Below, in pieces: positions 36,401 through 46,463 of a stretch of DNA of 64,000 bases. The stretch comes from Carcharhinus amblyrhynchos. Lineage: Eukaryota. The stretch spans positions 34,472,001 through 34,536,000 of the forward strand of contig OZ336887.1 of assembly GCA_965287045.1 (NCBI GenBank). Direction: 5' to 3'. Numbering within the stretch: position 1 is the first letter of the stretch; each line of letters opens with the position of its first letter. The notes under the pieces were generated by a model, which saw nothing but the letters and a program-made list of their open reading frames with translations, did not search any database and was not told where the DNA came from. The translations under genes and the position numbers were made by a program.

Positions 36401-39400
36401 GATGGAAGATCAACCATAATTTAGTTAGAGAGTAGACTAGAGGGGCCGAATAGCCTACTCCTATTTCCTGTGTAGGAGGGTGACATCTGAAATGGAGCAT
36501 AAACATCAGCATAGATTTGGTTGGGCCAAACAGCTTCTTTATTTGGTATAGATACTACATAAGCATCAGAGTTTCATTTTTGGCAAAGATATCTTCCCCT
36601 TACTGAAGGTACCACTTCACTAAAATTGGGACATTAAAGCCATGACTTCTAAATCAGAATTCATCACTGGGGCATTGTTCTAATGGTGCCATTCTTCCAT
36701 TAGTATTTATGTGGTTCTGGTTGATTTCTTGTATATTATTTAGAGGCTACACTTGTGGAGTTAGTGAATGGGGCTACGGTATAGCGTGTGCTCAGTATTA
36801 TAATCTGAAAATGTTTGTGTCTGGACTAGTTTTCTTTTGTTCCAGGTTTGGTGTTCGACCTCTGCCAAAGAAGAAAATGATTCTGAAATTGAAAGAGATT
36901 TATCAATATACTCATCGGGTTATTCAGCCTAATCCTGACTCCCAGTCCAAGCCAGAAGTATCATCTTCACAGCCTTGCACCTGGAAAACGAGCAAACCAA
37001 AGGCGGCCACCATAAACCAATCCCAGCCTGCTTCATTGGAGACAGGCTGGCTAAAACTCCATTCCAAAAAACAATCAAAGTCTGTTTCGGCAGAATCCAG
37101 GAAAACAGCCTCGACAGGTCATTTGAAGGCCACTTCTAAAAGAAAAGGGAGAAACTGTGCTCTGGAGTCTCACGGGCCCGAAGCCAAGTCACCATTGAAA
37201 GCTGTTGCTTCTGATGCAGCCAACCAACTCTCCTCATCTCAAAGCTCCTCTTCAGCGGGGAGTGAGAGCTCCTTTGAATCACAAAGGTGGGTGTCTTAAA
37301 TCTGAATACAGTGAAAGGAATAGTGACTGATTGAAATGAAAATCTTAACTACCTCAAATCAATTCAATCAAAGTGATAAAGAGTAAAGAAATTGGTGAGT
37401 TAAATTAACTGCCATCTTTGGGTTAGCTCAAAAAGGTTGATTTGCACAGTGTCTGACATATCATAGTCAGAGACAAACCAATCCTTATACATTACTAAAT
37501 AATGTTAGACCTTTTTTACTGAATGCTTGTACCCCTAGAAATAGGTTACCTGAAACACACATCCTCCCCCTCTAAGGGCACAAATTCAGACTGTTTTGTA
37601 TTGTGCAAAATTTGATTTATTATTGTCACATGTATTAGTATACAGTGAAAAGTATTTTTCTTGAGCGCTATACAAAGCATATCGTACATAAGGAAGAAAA
37701 GGATAGAGTACAGAATGTAATATTACAGTCATAGCTAGGGTATAGAGAAAGATCAACTTAATACAAAGTTTAAGTCCATGCAAAATTCTGACGGCAGCAC
37801 GGAAGAAGCTGTTCTTGAGTTGGTTGGAATGTCTCCTCATATTTTTGTATCTTTTTCCCTGATGGAAAAAGATAGTATATCCAGGGTATGCGGGGTCCTG
37901 GATTATGCTGGCTGCTTTGCTGAGGCAGCAGCAAGTGTAGACAGAATCAATGGGTGGGAGGCTGGTTATTGAGATGGACTGGGCTTTGTTCACAACCCTT
38001 TGTAGTCCTTTTGCAGTCTTGGACAGAGCAGGAGCCATACCAAGCTGTGACACAACCAGAAACATAAGAACATAAGAAATAGGAGCAGGAGTAGGCCATC
38101 TAGCCCTTCGAGCCTGCACCGCCATTCAATAAGATCATGGCTGATCTGAAGCGGCTCAGTTCCACTTTCCCGCTTTCTCCCCATAACCCTTAATCCCCTT
38201 GCCTACCAAAAACCTATCTACCCGCGTCTTAAATATATTTAGCGAGGTTGCCTCCACCACTTCAATGGGCAGAGAATTCCAGAGATTCACCACCCTTTGA
38301 GTGAAGAAGTTCCTCCTCAACTCTGTTCTAAACTGCCCCCCCCCCCCCCCATCTTGAGGCTGTGCCCTCTAGTCCTGCTGTCCTTTCTGAGCGGGAAGAA
38401 CCTCTCCACCTCTACCCTATCCATCCCTTTCATCATCTTATACGTCTCAATAAGATCCCCCCCTCATCCTTCTAAACTCTAACGAGTACAAGCCCAGTCT
38501 ATTCAGCCTCTCCTCATAGCTCAACCCCCTCAACTCCAGTATCAGCCTAATGAACCTCCTCTGCACTCCCTCCAAGGCCAAAATATCCTTGCGCAAGTGC
38601 GGTGACCAAAACGGCACACAGTACTCCAGCTGCGGCCTCACCAGTGCCCTGTACAGTTGCAGCAAGACCTCCCTACTTTTATATTCAATCCCCCTCGTTA
38701 TGAAGGCCAGCATCCCATTTGCCTTCCTGACCACCTGCTGCACCTGTAGGCTGGGTTTTTGCGACTCATGCACAAGGACCCCCAGGTCCCTCTGCACCAT
38801 CGCATGCTGCAGCTTTTCGCCCTGTAAGTAGTAGTCCTTCCTACTATTATTCCTGCCAAAGTGGATAACCTCACACTTGCCAACATTGTATTCCATCTGC
38901 CAGGTCCTCGCCCACTCACTCAGCCTATCTAGATCCCTCTGCAGACTTTCTACACCCTCCGCACAATTTGCTGTTCCACTGATCTTTGTGTCATCAGCAA
39001 ATTTCGACACCTTACACTCGGCTCCCTCCTCCAGATCATCTATATAAATGGTAAATAGCTGAGGCCCCAGCACCGATCCCTGGGGCACTCCACTAGTCAC
39101 CAACCACCAATCCGAATAGCACCCATTGACACCCACTCTCTGCCTCCTATTTGACAGCCAATCCCCTATCCACGCTAACACCTTACCCCCAACTCCATAC
39201 CCCCTAACCTTCTGTAACAACCTTTTGTGCGGCACCTTATCAAACGCCTTCTGAAAATCGAGAAACACCACATCCACCGGTTCCCCTCTATCCACCGCAC
39301 TAGACACATCCTCATAGAATTCCAATAAATTTGTCAGACACGACTTCCCCTTAGTGCTGCGTCTGTTCTATTAAACAATTCTCCTCAAGATGCCTCGCTA

Positions 39401-41879
39401 TTTCCTCTTTGATTACAGATTCAAGCATTTTTCCTACAACAGATGTTAAACTAACCAGCCTATAATTCCCTGCCTTTTGCCTGCTACCCTTTTTAAACAG
39501 CGGCGTAACATTAGCCGTTTTCCAATCTTCCGGCACTTCCCCGGAATCCAGCGAGGTTTGGAAAATAATCACCAAGGCATCTACTATCACCTCTGCCATT
39601 TCCTTCAGAACCCTTGGATGCATTCCATCCGGTCCTGGGGACTTGTCCACCATCAGTCCCTCTAGTCTGTCGAGCACTGCCTCTCTAGTAACAATGATCT
39701 CATTCAGGCCCTCCACTCCTACCATCTTTCCATCGTTAACACCCGGCAAACTATTCGCGTCCTCCTCCGTGAAGACCGAAGCAAAAAAGTTATTCAAGGC
39801 CTCAGCCATTTCCTCATCCCCCACCACTAAATCCCTCCTCTCATCCTCTAAGGGTCCAACATTCACCCTAGCCAGCCTCCTTTTTATATATTTATAAAAA
39901 CTCTTACTATCCTTTTTTATATTTAGCGCTAGCCTAGATTCATAGTCTATCCTTCCTTTCTTTATCAACTTCTTCGTCATTCTTTGATATTTAAACCTCT
40001 CCCAATCCTCTTCTCACCCACTACTTTTAGCCACTCTGAACGCATCAGCTTTTAATTTAATACTCTCCTTTATCTCCTTTGTTATCCACGGCTGATTATC
40101 TCTTCTCCTACGATCCTGCTTTACCATCGGAATAAATTTCTGCTGAGCACCAAGAAAGATCTTAAAGATCCTCCACTGTTCCTCAGCAGACCTACCGACC
40201 AATCCGTGCCCCCAATCTACATTCGCCAATTCCTCTCTCATCCTATTGTACTCCCCTCTGTTCAAACAAAGGACACAGGTCCGGGATCCTACTTTCTCCT
40301 CCTCCATCTGCATCAGAAACTCCACCATACAATGATCACTCTTCCCAAGAGGATCCCTCACAACAAGGTCCCTAATTCTACCTGCCTCATTACGTAACAC
40401 CAGATCTAAGGTAGCTCGCCCCCTCGTCGGCTCCAACACACACTGTTCAAGGAAACTATCCTGGCAGCATTCCAAGAACTCTTCCTCAAGCCCACCGTGT
40501 CCAACATGGGTCGACCAATCAATATGTAGATTGAAATCCCCCATAATTATCGCCGTTCCATTCCTGTATATGGTGCATCTTTAAAAGTTGGTGAGAGTCT
40601 TGGCAGACATGCCAAATTTCCTTAGTCTTTTGAGAAAGTAGAGGCATTATTGGGCTTTCTTGACTATAGCATTGGTGGGAGGGACCAAGACAGTTTGGGG
40701 ATCTAGACACCTAGAAACTTGAAGCTGAACTTAGAAGTGAGTTGAGCTACTTCAGGTTTAGCTACTTTGTAGAGTTCAGGAGATGAGAGGCAGATTTCAA
40801 TAACCTTCCTAATCTGACACCTGAAAATGGGGCACCTCCACTGTCCCTCTCATCCTTTGAAATAACCAAAGGGTAGATTTAGGTGACTAAGAGGAAAGGT
40901 CATGACCAATGATAACTATATCACAAAGGAACATTGCCTTTGTGATTCTTCCCATTGATTACCAGCCCAAAGATGTGCGGGTTAGGTGGATTGCCCCTTA
41001 GTGTCAGTAGGGTAAATATAAGGAGTTTCGGGGTAGGACCTGGATGGGATTGTTGTCACTGCAGGCTCGATGGACTGAATGGCCTCTTTCTGTACTTTAG
41101 GGTTTCTATAATCTTATGACTTTTGCTAATCTGAGGAAAATTTGTGTCTCTGAAGATCTAAAGGTCCACAAGAATACCTGCCCTAACTGTCTCTCTGAAC
41201 ATCATAACTGCCTCTCTGAACATCATAACTGCAACTTTAAAACAAGACATGATAAATTTGCTTTCAAAATGTGGAAATCCTGCCCTTGGTTGAATTTGCC
41301 ATCATTACCAAAACTGCTTAACATCAACAAACCACATGTTGTTACTTTCCCTTGAATTCATATCAGTCAACACTGGCTCTAGGAATTCACTGCAGATCAG
41401 TGTCAATGAGTTTATCATGAGAAAGCTACCAACCTTCCTTACCAGCGCCACTTTAAATAAAAATATGATGAAGGTCTCTTTATATGGGTTGTCTGAAGAA
41501 ACATGTTCATCCTTCTCGCTCTTTCAGGATGTTCGCCGATGAGTTTGACAATGTCTTTAGCACAGATTCGGATGAAGAGGGCGATGGAATCACTCCATCA
41601 CAGGCAGTACTCCGCGAAGCAGATACAGCAGAGGCCATACGACAGTATATTCGGTCAAACCCATCTCTATACAGTAACATCTTGCAATACAAGCCTTTTG
41701 AACTGTCAGATTTCAACCAGCAGCTTAAGGAAAATGGGATAATGGTTTCCAAAGGGAAATTGCTGGATTTTCTCAATGCTCACTGTATTACCTTTTCCAC
41801 AGCTAGACAGAGGAAGGAGATCTTAAAGCGGAGAAAGCAGGGCAAGGGGAAACCCAGTCAGAGCCACAGGAAGAAGTAA
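18403..41879 (+). CDS. SLX4: Structure-specific endonuclease scaffold SLX4 (FANCP/BTBD12), about 1892 aa, 14 coding exons
   Basis: Exons: 18403-18775, 19493-19780, 20510-20681 (UBZ1 FFCVICQKDLSNMNSTRRTQHTNRC), 21245-21466 (UBZ2 CPICGKRF..HLKRC), 23074-23291 (DEDTMVAMALSASLLE), 27824-28146 (MLR, PPLLLVQD), 29329-29605, 30134-30222, 30423-30569 and 31444-31613 (BTB, MVNNPHLSDVQFQVD..YAHQFVLYAR), 31874-34377 (large exon with SIM-like LLVIDSDEE and WLIPATP), 35780-35882 and 36846-37286 (SAP, PITP..Y..LKKEL.KFGVRPLPK), 41528-41879 (SLX1-binding domain, LYSNILQYKPFEL..LLDFLNAHCITFST). The phases add up to 5679 nt with no internal stop seen. Confidence 0.96.
18890..19205 (-). repeat. Degenerate tandem units derived from a Deu-type SINE segment
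   Basis: Repeated CAGTGCTGAGGGAGTGCTGCACAGT..GGGG units. The same motif is dispersed at about 3545-3650, 4515-4580, 6825-6880 and 59440-59480, and underlies the 5670 minisatellite. Confidence 0.55.
23474..24169 (+). CDS. CR1 ORF1 C-terminal SGNH/esterase-like domain (5'-truncated)
   Basis: IVVGDG..VVCLPGAGVQDV..VIVHIGEKDV..FSGLLP..LNAWLKDWC..GFRFVDHW..DGVQLT matches the layout of CR1 ORF1 esterase domains. The ORF start given is not a true ATG. Confidence 0.8.
   Translation: MITFRAYSEKHVTVRKSKKKRSRGTRTAPEELPRNIKGGATAGVEKAREGDQNTSEEGKSAGCEIVVGDGRVKGIDRRFCGQKRESRMVVCLPGAGVQDVSERVEGILKGGGTKSDVIVHIGEKDVGTKCRGDIRRQFRELGARLKCRASRVAFSGLLPVPGASRARNNEILQLNAWLKDWCRAEGFRFVDHWEVFMKEGQIYKRDGVQLTGKGVNILAGRLAGVFRQCLN
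23490..27578 (+). mobile_element. CR1-clade LINE with partial ORF1 (esterase-like) and intact ORF2, in an SLX4 intron
   Basis: ORF1 remnant to 24169, ORF2 at 24157-27054, a 3' UTR and a (TTCTTTG)n tail ending at 27578. The 5' boundary is approximate. Confidence 0.92.
24157..27054 (+). CDS. CR1 ORF2: APE endonuclease plus reverse transcriptase (965-aa open frame; first ATG at 24271)
   Basis: APE motifs CFNARS, VTETWL, YYRPP, GDFN and SDHN. RT motifs KSPGPDGI, YRPVSLTS, DFSKAFDKVPH, GVPQGSVLGP and FADD. CR1-type C-terminus LVRPHLEYCVQFWSP. Confidence 0.93.
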   Translation: MFKLIWRGGGDVDGTGIGDRVSPEGRKKDRIVSECLRCMCFNARSVTGKTDELKAIMFERKLEVVAVTETWLKEGQDWQLNVPGYKCFRRDRGGSQRGGGVALLVKDCIIAVQREGGIEDIGIESLWVELRNRKGDVTMLGVYYRPPNSPRAVEEGISRDILDKCRKNRVVVVGDFNLPGVDWKVPRSEGADGEEFVQCVMEGSLEQYVDSPTREGAILDLVLGNEPGQVVDVEVGEQVANSDHNSVWFKILMDKDEACPKGRVLNWGRARYNRIRQDLKDTDWGKLLDGRSTLGMWESLKGKLKSLQERHVPVKRKDGKGRIREPWVTRDIEDLVRRKREAYIRSRHLRTEIALEEYRECRRELKRGIRKAKRGHEMALAGRIKENPKAFYSYVRNKRMVRGKIGPLRDRGGELCLEPGGMGEILNEYFASVFTQERGLMSGAVLEEFEDPLRDIVITREEVLGLLDSIKTDKSPGPDGIYPRLLREVRDEIAGPLTQIFVSSLDTGEVPEDWRIANVVPLFKKGQRDNPGNYRPVSLTSVIGKLMERILKDRMYEHLERCNLIRDTQHGFVTGRSCLTNLVEFFEEVTKTVDEGQAVDVVYMDFSKAFDKVPHGRLIEKVKAHGIQGQVCRWVENWLGRRRQRVVVEGSFSNWRPVTSGVPQGSVLGPLLFVVYINDLEEGVGGVISKFADDTKMVGLAGTEEQCLAMQQDIDRLVDWADRWQMEFNPEKCEVMHFGRNNVEGSYTIKGRTIRSIDTQRDLGVQVHKSLKVSVQVQNVMRKAYGMLAFIGRGIEYKSRSLMLQLYRTLVRPHLEYCVQFWSPYYRKDVEILERVQRRFTRMLPGMEGLSYEERLDELGLFSLERRRLRGDLIEVYKIMKGIDRVNGGKLFPLQEMDRTRGHGLRVRGARYKTNIRGQFFTQRVVGVWNALPSKVVEAGTLGLFKSHLDSHMSGLHIGGYSRPY
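28713..28998. mobile_element. Penelope-like element pLTR remnant forming a perfect inverted repeat, with target-site duplication
   Basis: Arms 28713-28833 and 28841-28961 are exact reverse complements. ACTTTTGATAAT occurs at 28701-28712 and again at 28999-29010. Confidence 0.8.
28867..28904 (+). ncRNA. Minimal (dimer-type) type I hammerhead ribozyme motif
   Basis: TTCAC-CTGACGA-AGGG.ACTAA.CCCC-GAA-AGCT-T^GTGAG: stem I TTCAC/GTGAG, conserved CUGANGA and GAAA cores, palindromic AGCT stem III. A mirror copy lies at 28770-28807 on the minus strand. Confidence 0.7.
31110..31411 (+). mobile_element. tRNA-derived V-SINE, well preserved
   Basis: A-box TGGCACAGTGG, B-box GGTTCGATTCC, V-domain, and the same tail as the 2966 copy. 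Confidence 0.85.
31874..34377 (+). CDS. SLX4: SLX4 large central exon (2504 nt, low-complexity region with SUMO-interacting motifs)
   Basis: Lies within ORF 31824-34412, with acceptor gatcag| at 31873 and donor CAG|GTAAG at 34377. Motifs include EELEELYEFAATQRK, LLVIDSDEE, WLIPATP and VLEIEDTEEE. Confidence 0.93.
37606..38060 (-). mobile_element. Rex1/Babar-like LINE 3' remnant (left part), interrupted by CR1
   Basis: Translation LQRVVNKAQSI..SLPPIDSVY..CLSKAASIIQDPAYPG..KNSFFRAAVRIL resembles the Rex1-type RT C-terminus. The 3' end reads ..catgtgacaataataaatcaaa on the minus strand. Confidence 0.7.
38061..40566 (-). mobile_element. 5'-truncated, frameshifted CR1 LINE (same TTCTTATG family), antisense in the last SLX4 intron
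   Basis: ORF fragments 40014-40544 (GDFN, SDHC), 39351-39980 and 38447-39325 (FADD). The tail repeat cataagaa lies at 38063-38078. Confidence 0.93.
40567..40730 (-). mobile_element. Rex1/Babar-like LINE remnant (right part)
   Basis: Minus-strand degenerate SFKFLGV..VKKAQ.CLYFLKRLRKFGMSAKTLTNF.RCTI is contiguous in protein logic with LSGCVTAWYG at about 38060. Confidence 0.65.
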
Positions 41880-42798
41880 GTGCAGCTACTGCAACTTAAA
41901 CCTTCCTCTTCTTTAGTAACAGAATTGCTATTCTAATATCCATGCGGTTTGGAAATAATCTTATTATGTGAGTGTGATTATATGCCCAGCTGAAAGCATT
42001 TACCACACTGTATTTTAATTCAGGAGCTTTGATGTATCTACTATGCAGCAAGGAAATGCGGTAGCTCCTGTAGAATTTTTCAGTAACTGTAGCCCTGCTT
42101 CAGGAGCATCATGAAAGCCAGCACTGTTGTAACAAGATTGTCATCATATCACAGGAAGGTGTGACGTTAGATAAAAATTGAATGACTTCCTTTCAGCCAA
42201 ACTCTAATCAACAGTTTGTACTTTTAAGGTTTAAATTATATTGAAAGAATAAATTGTAAAATAAGGAGACTTTCCTGTAGCGGTGACACTTTTTGGTTCA
42301 TACTACAAACTGGCAGTTACTTTATCAGTGTGGCGCTGGCTTCAATTCTGCTGGCTGGTCATCTTTCTGGCTCAGGTAGGAACATTGTGTGGAATTGTAA
42401 GCAACTTGATCTCAAATGAATTTGAGAAGAAATCAAACAATTTAATCAAACATATATTCTCTTGTATTTAGTTCCCTTTAAGTACTTCCAATCCAGGAAT
42501 ATTGGTCTAATTCAAAAGAACGTATGCTTGTATATAATTGGACAAGAAATTCCTAATTTGTATATGTATAATTGAAAAATAAACTAGAATAGGTTTTGTA
42601 TGCAGTATCAGTTAACACCGTCTTCCTCTTAAAAAAGGAAGATAAACAACCTCAGTGCTGAATCAGACATACTCTTCTCTAGAATGTTAATACGTTTTGT
42701 ATGTTGTGTGTGTAATTATTGGTAAATGCCAGTGTCATATCTCTGTGGTTAAGCGGACCAAGAGCTGCACTTAAATGTTACTGCTTTCTTTAAAAAAA

Positions 42799-42804
42799 AA
42801 TAAA
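42799..42804 (+). terminator. Candidate SLX4 polyadenylation signal
   Basis: AATAAA followed by a GT/T-rich downstream element (ttgttgtgattttttt). Alternative AATAAA sites lie near 42248 and 42578. Confidence 0.4.
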
Positions 42805-43135
42805 CACACTTTCAATTGTTGTGATTTTTTTTATCTGTCATGAAATCTATACCCCTGGAGTAGAAATAATTGCCATAAGGATAAAGCAGCCCCTTAAAAT
42901 TAATAAAGTATCCCTTCACAATCTATCATGAAAGTTGGTAGAGGGTAAGGTAACAGAGTTGCTGGATCTAAAGTCCAATGTGAAGGTTCTCTCATTTATT
43001 GAGGTAATTCACACACGTGACATCTGAAATAAAAAATGGTTTCCAATCTCAAGGCATAATGACATGACTGGATTTTGGTAATCTTAATTTTAACCATTTC
43101 AAAATGAGAACTTAACTATGAGATGAATAAATCCA

Positions 43136-43207
43136 GTGACCTAAGCCAGAACTCAAACCCGCAGCGCTAGCGCTGTGAGGCAGCAGTGCTAACCACCGTG
43201 CCACCCC
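43136..43207 (-). mobile_element. V-SINE tRNA-like head only
   Basis: Reverse complement reads GGGGTGGCACGGTGGTTAGCACTGCTGCCTCACAGCGC..GGGTTTGAGTTCTGGCTTAGGTCAC. Confidence 0.7.
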
Positions 43208-43724
43208 ATCACTGGAGGAATGAAGAACATTGAAGTGGATTATGTTTCTGTAACATTCACAGATGTTATTTGTGTAACAGTTAGCTTCTTGAGCTTTGAC
43301 AATGGAGGGGGCCATTGGCTGGCTGGGTACAGCTCATTCTTTCTGTCTTATTCCAATGATTCCATTGTTCAGATTAGAGCAAACAAGACTTGAACAAGAA
43401 CAAACTTTTATTTCATGAATAAAATAAGAAACAACTGATTTTCAGGTTAGATTAGAGTCTTTCCATTGCAGAATTTCCATTTATTAGGATGAAATAGCCT
43501 GCTCTTAGTGTTTTTTTTAGCTCTATCCTGCTGTGGAATACAAAAATCGTAAACAAGTGCTGTTGAACCTTGTGATCTAATGACACATTGGAATCAGTTC
43601 CCACTGTGGCTAACTCCATCTGTTACCACTTCACCATTCAGAAATTGACAGGTTATTGGCTCAGACTCCATGTTCTTCACTGGTTCTTGGCCTTTAGGCT
43701 AAGAAATGTCAGATCAAGCCCAAG

Positions 43725-43843
43725 ATGCTTACCTGGCAAGTAAGTAAACCATGGTCAACAGGTGGTTCACCCAGGCTAGGGTAGAGTCAACAATTGGGTT
43801 AGCCGATGAGGTTCAACTGAAGCATCGACTGATGCAATTTTTC
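43725..43843 (+). pseudogene. Diverged U1 snRNA-like sequence
   Basis: ATGCTTACCTGGCAAG..ACCATGGTCAACAGGTGGTTCACCCAGG..TCGACTGATGCAATTTTT compared with U1 ATACTTACCTGGCAGG..ACCATGATCACGAAGGTGGTTTTCCCAGG..TCGACTGCATAATTTGT. Confidence 0.7.
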
Positions 43844-43993
43844 AAAGCCACCTCAGCCTTTGGACCAGAATGAAATATCAGATCAAGTCCAAGATGAGGT
43901 GCAATGCCTCATCTTGGACCTTGCCCCTCTTGTGGGGACTATGAATTGGATTCAATTTGACTTGGCTTTTTGGATAGAATAAATGTTTTAAAA

Positions 43994-44170
43994 ACTGTTT
44001 CTTGGCCTTTTGGCTAAGATCAAGTATCAAACCAAGCATCACCTTATCCTGTCAGCTTGGATCTTGTTTGTCTCTCTTGTGGGGACCATAATTCAGTTGG
44101 ATTTTGAATTTCGTTTTTGGAGCAAGCAAGGAATGGATTGGGTTTGCCTGATCCGTTGAGCGTTGGCTTT
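43994..44170 (+). pseudogene. Diverged U2 snRNA-like sequence
   Basis: TTCTTGGCCTTTTGGCTAAGATCAAGT is one mismatch from the U2 5' sequence TTCTCGGCCTTTTGGCTAAGATCAAGT. Downstream GTCTCTCTTGTGGGGAC resembles stem IIb and TTTTTGGAGCA matches the Sm-site region. The branch-point recognition sequence GTAGTA is lost. Confidence 0.75.
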
Positions 44171-45811
44171 GTAAATTTAAGGATTGAATATAAAAAAAAT
44201 TAAAACTGCATCAGATTAATTTGCCAAATTTATCAAACCTAAACTTCCTTTTAAAAGAAATACTCAGACAATTCCCAATGGAAAAAAAAGCTTTAATAGT
44301 TTGTGACAGGGAAAATTTCTTCCTTTTGTTGCAGACTTAATAGAAAGGAATCATTAACATTCAGTGAGCAGAAGAGTTAAGACATTGCTTTAGGAAGGGA
44401 TTTGTTTGAGAAGCAGTGGCTTGGTAGTATTGTCATTATTAATGCAGAAACCCAGAGAAATGCTCTGGGGACTTGGGTTCAAATCCCACCATGACAGATG
44501 GTGATATTTGAATTGGATAAAAATCTTGAATTAAAAGTCTTAAATGACCATGAAACCATTGTTCATAGTTTTTTTTTAAAACAACAATCTCGTTCACTAA
44601 TGTCCTTTGGAGAAGGAAATCTGGTCTGGCCTACATATGACTCCAGTCCAAAAGCAATGTGGTTGATTCCTCAAGGATGAGCAATTGATGCTGGCTCACC
44701 TAGAGACACCCACATCCCATGAGCAAATTTTTAAAAAGTTCAAGAATATCACAGTTGGCAGTGCTTCCAATTTTGAAATCATGCTCCAAACACCAGATCA
44801 TTTATATCAGAAGAGCAGTGGTCCTGCTTGAGTTAGAGCTTTCCCTACAACACTAGCAGTGCAATCCCAAATCAGGCTGTCGTTGAAGCAATTTTTTCTC
44901 TGTATCTTACCAATCTCATAAGTATTGTTCAACTATCAACCAACATCTTACCCTGGTTTCTTGTGTTGAGTACCCCATTCCTATATGACAATTACTCCAT
45001 TACTTACCCACTCCTATAGGAGATGTCATTTTCATTTGACTTGCCAAGACACTAATGTATCTCCAGCTTTCGATATTGAGACAGATAAAATGATCCACAA
45101 TTGGTGACCATACCTTCACTTACCTTGGTCTTAAGTTCCACAATTCCTGGCAAAACCCCTCTATCTTCCTTTCTTTGTTTTAAGGCATTCCTTAAATAAA
45201 GTTTTTGATTATCTGTCTTAATGTGGCCTGGTGTCAGAATTGTTTTATAATGCTCCTGTGAAGCAGCTTGATATATATTACCATATTGAATACATTTTTA
45301 CATGAATTTTTTTGTTGCCATTAGATATTTTTATCTCGTGACTCATTAAATATTCCTGTACAGCACAGATATATTAAGGATTTGCTCCCTGTTTGATATA
45401 TTTTACTCAACCCAACATTTGTATCTGTATAAGGTATAGATGTGGCGCTCTAACTGGCTCAGTTGCTAAAGCTCACATGTAATTGGACACAATGAGTTGA
45501 AATGGCCTCTTTCTTTGCCGTGAGTTAAACGCTTCTTTTCTATGGACCCCTCAACCAGAAGACCTCACACTTGTGGGTTGGGCTGGAGGAGGCGGAACAA
45601 GAGGTAGAACCACCAAAATGGCAGGGCTGGTACAACAACTCCTGTTCCTCAAGATTTCAGTAATCTCAGCCAGGGGCTCAGGAGAGGCTTCACAATTGGT
45701 CCAGTGACTCACTGATCTGGATGGGTTTGTCAGCCACCTTCCTGCTTGGAAGGTGTGTGTGTGAGGATATTGGATAATGACAGTGCACACACTATTCCAG
45801 TAAACTTCACA

Positions 45812-46463
45812 GAATGCTGGCCTTCATAGCGAGGGGGATTGAATATAAAAGTAGGGAGGTCTTGCTGCAGCTGTATAGGGCATTGGTGAGGCCACAGCTG
45901 GAGTACTGTGTGCAGTTTTGGGCGCCGCACCTGCGCAAGGATATTTTGGCCCTGGAGGGAGTGCAGAGGAGGTTTACTAGGCTGATACCGGAGTTGAGGG
46001 GATTGAGCTATGAGGAGAGGCTGAATAAACTAGGCTTGTACTCGTTAGAGTTTAGAAGAATGAGGGGAGATCTCATTGAGACGTATAAGATGATGAATGG
46101 GATGGATAGGATAGAGGTGGAGAGACTCTTCCCGCTCAAAAAAGACAGTAGGACTAGGGGGCACAGCCTCAAGATAAAGGGGAGGCGGTTTAGAACGGAG
46201 TTGAGGAGGAACTTCTTCACTCAAAGGGTGGTGAATCTCTGGAATTCTCTGCCCGTTGAAGTGGTGGAGGCTGCCTCGCTAAATATTTTTAAGAAGCGGG
46301 TTGATGGGTTCTTGATAAGAGAGGGGATTAAGGGTTATGGGGAGAGGGCGGGAAAGTGGAACTGAGCCACAACAGATCAGCCATGATCTTATTGAATGGC
46401 GGGGCAGGCTCGAAGGGCTAGATGGCCTACTCCTGCTCCTATTTCTTATGTTCTTATGTTCTT
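45812..46463 (+). mobile_element. 3' fragment of CR1 LINE (same TTCTTATG family)
   Basis: ORF 45814-46365 (LVRPQLEYCVQFW..RNFFTQRVVNLWNSLP) followed by the 3' UTR and TTCTTATG tail. Confidence 0.92.

Larger units (their letters stand above)
43679..44199 (+). mobile_element. Composite U2/U1 snRNA-derived element (SINEU-like) or chimeric snRNA pseudogene array
   Basis: U2 5'-like segment 43679-43718, U1-like segment 43725-43843, second U2-like unit about 43846-43990, third U2-like unit 43994-44170, and an A-rich end at about 44190-44199. Confidence 0.7.

Noticed and set aside
41183-41232. 21-bp tandem duplication (TAACTG.CTCTCTGAACATCA)
   Set aside because: Ordinary intronic slippage duplication with no functional signal.
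43994-44170. Functional U2 snRNA gene
   Set aside because: The branch-point recognition sequence is absent, the 3' stems are diverged, and it directly follows another U2-like unit with no room for a PSE promoter.
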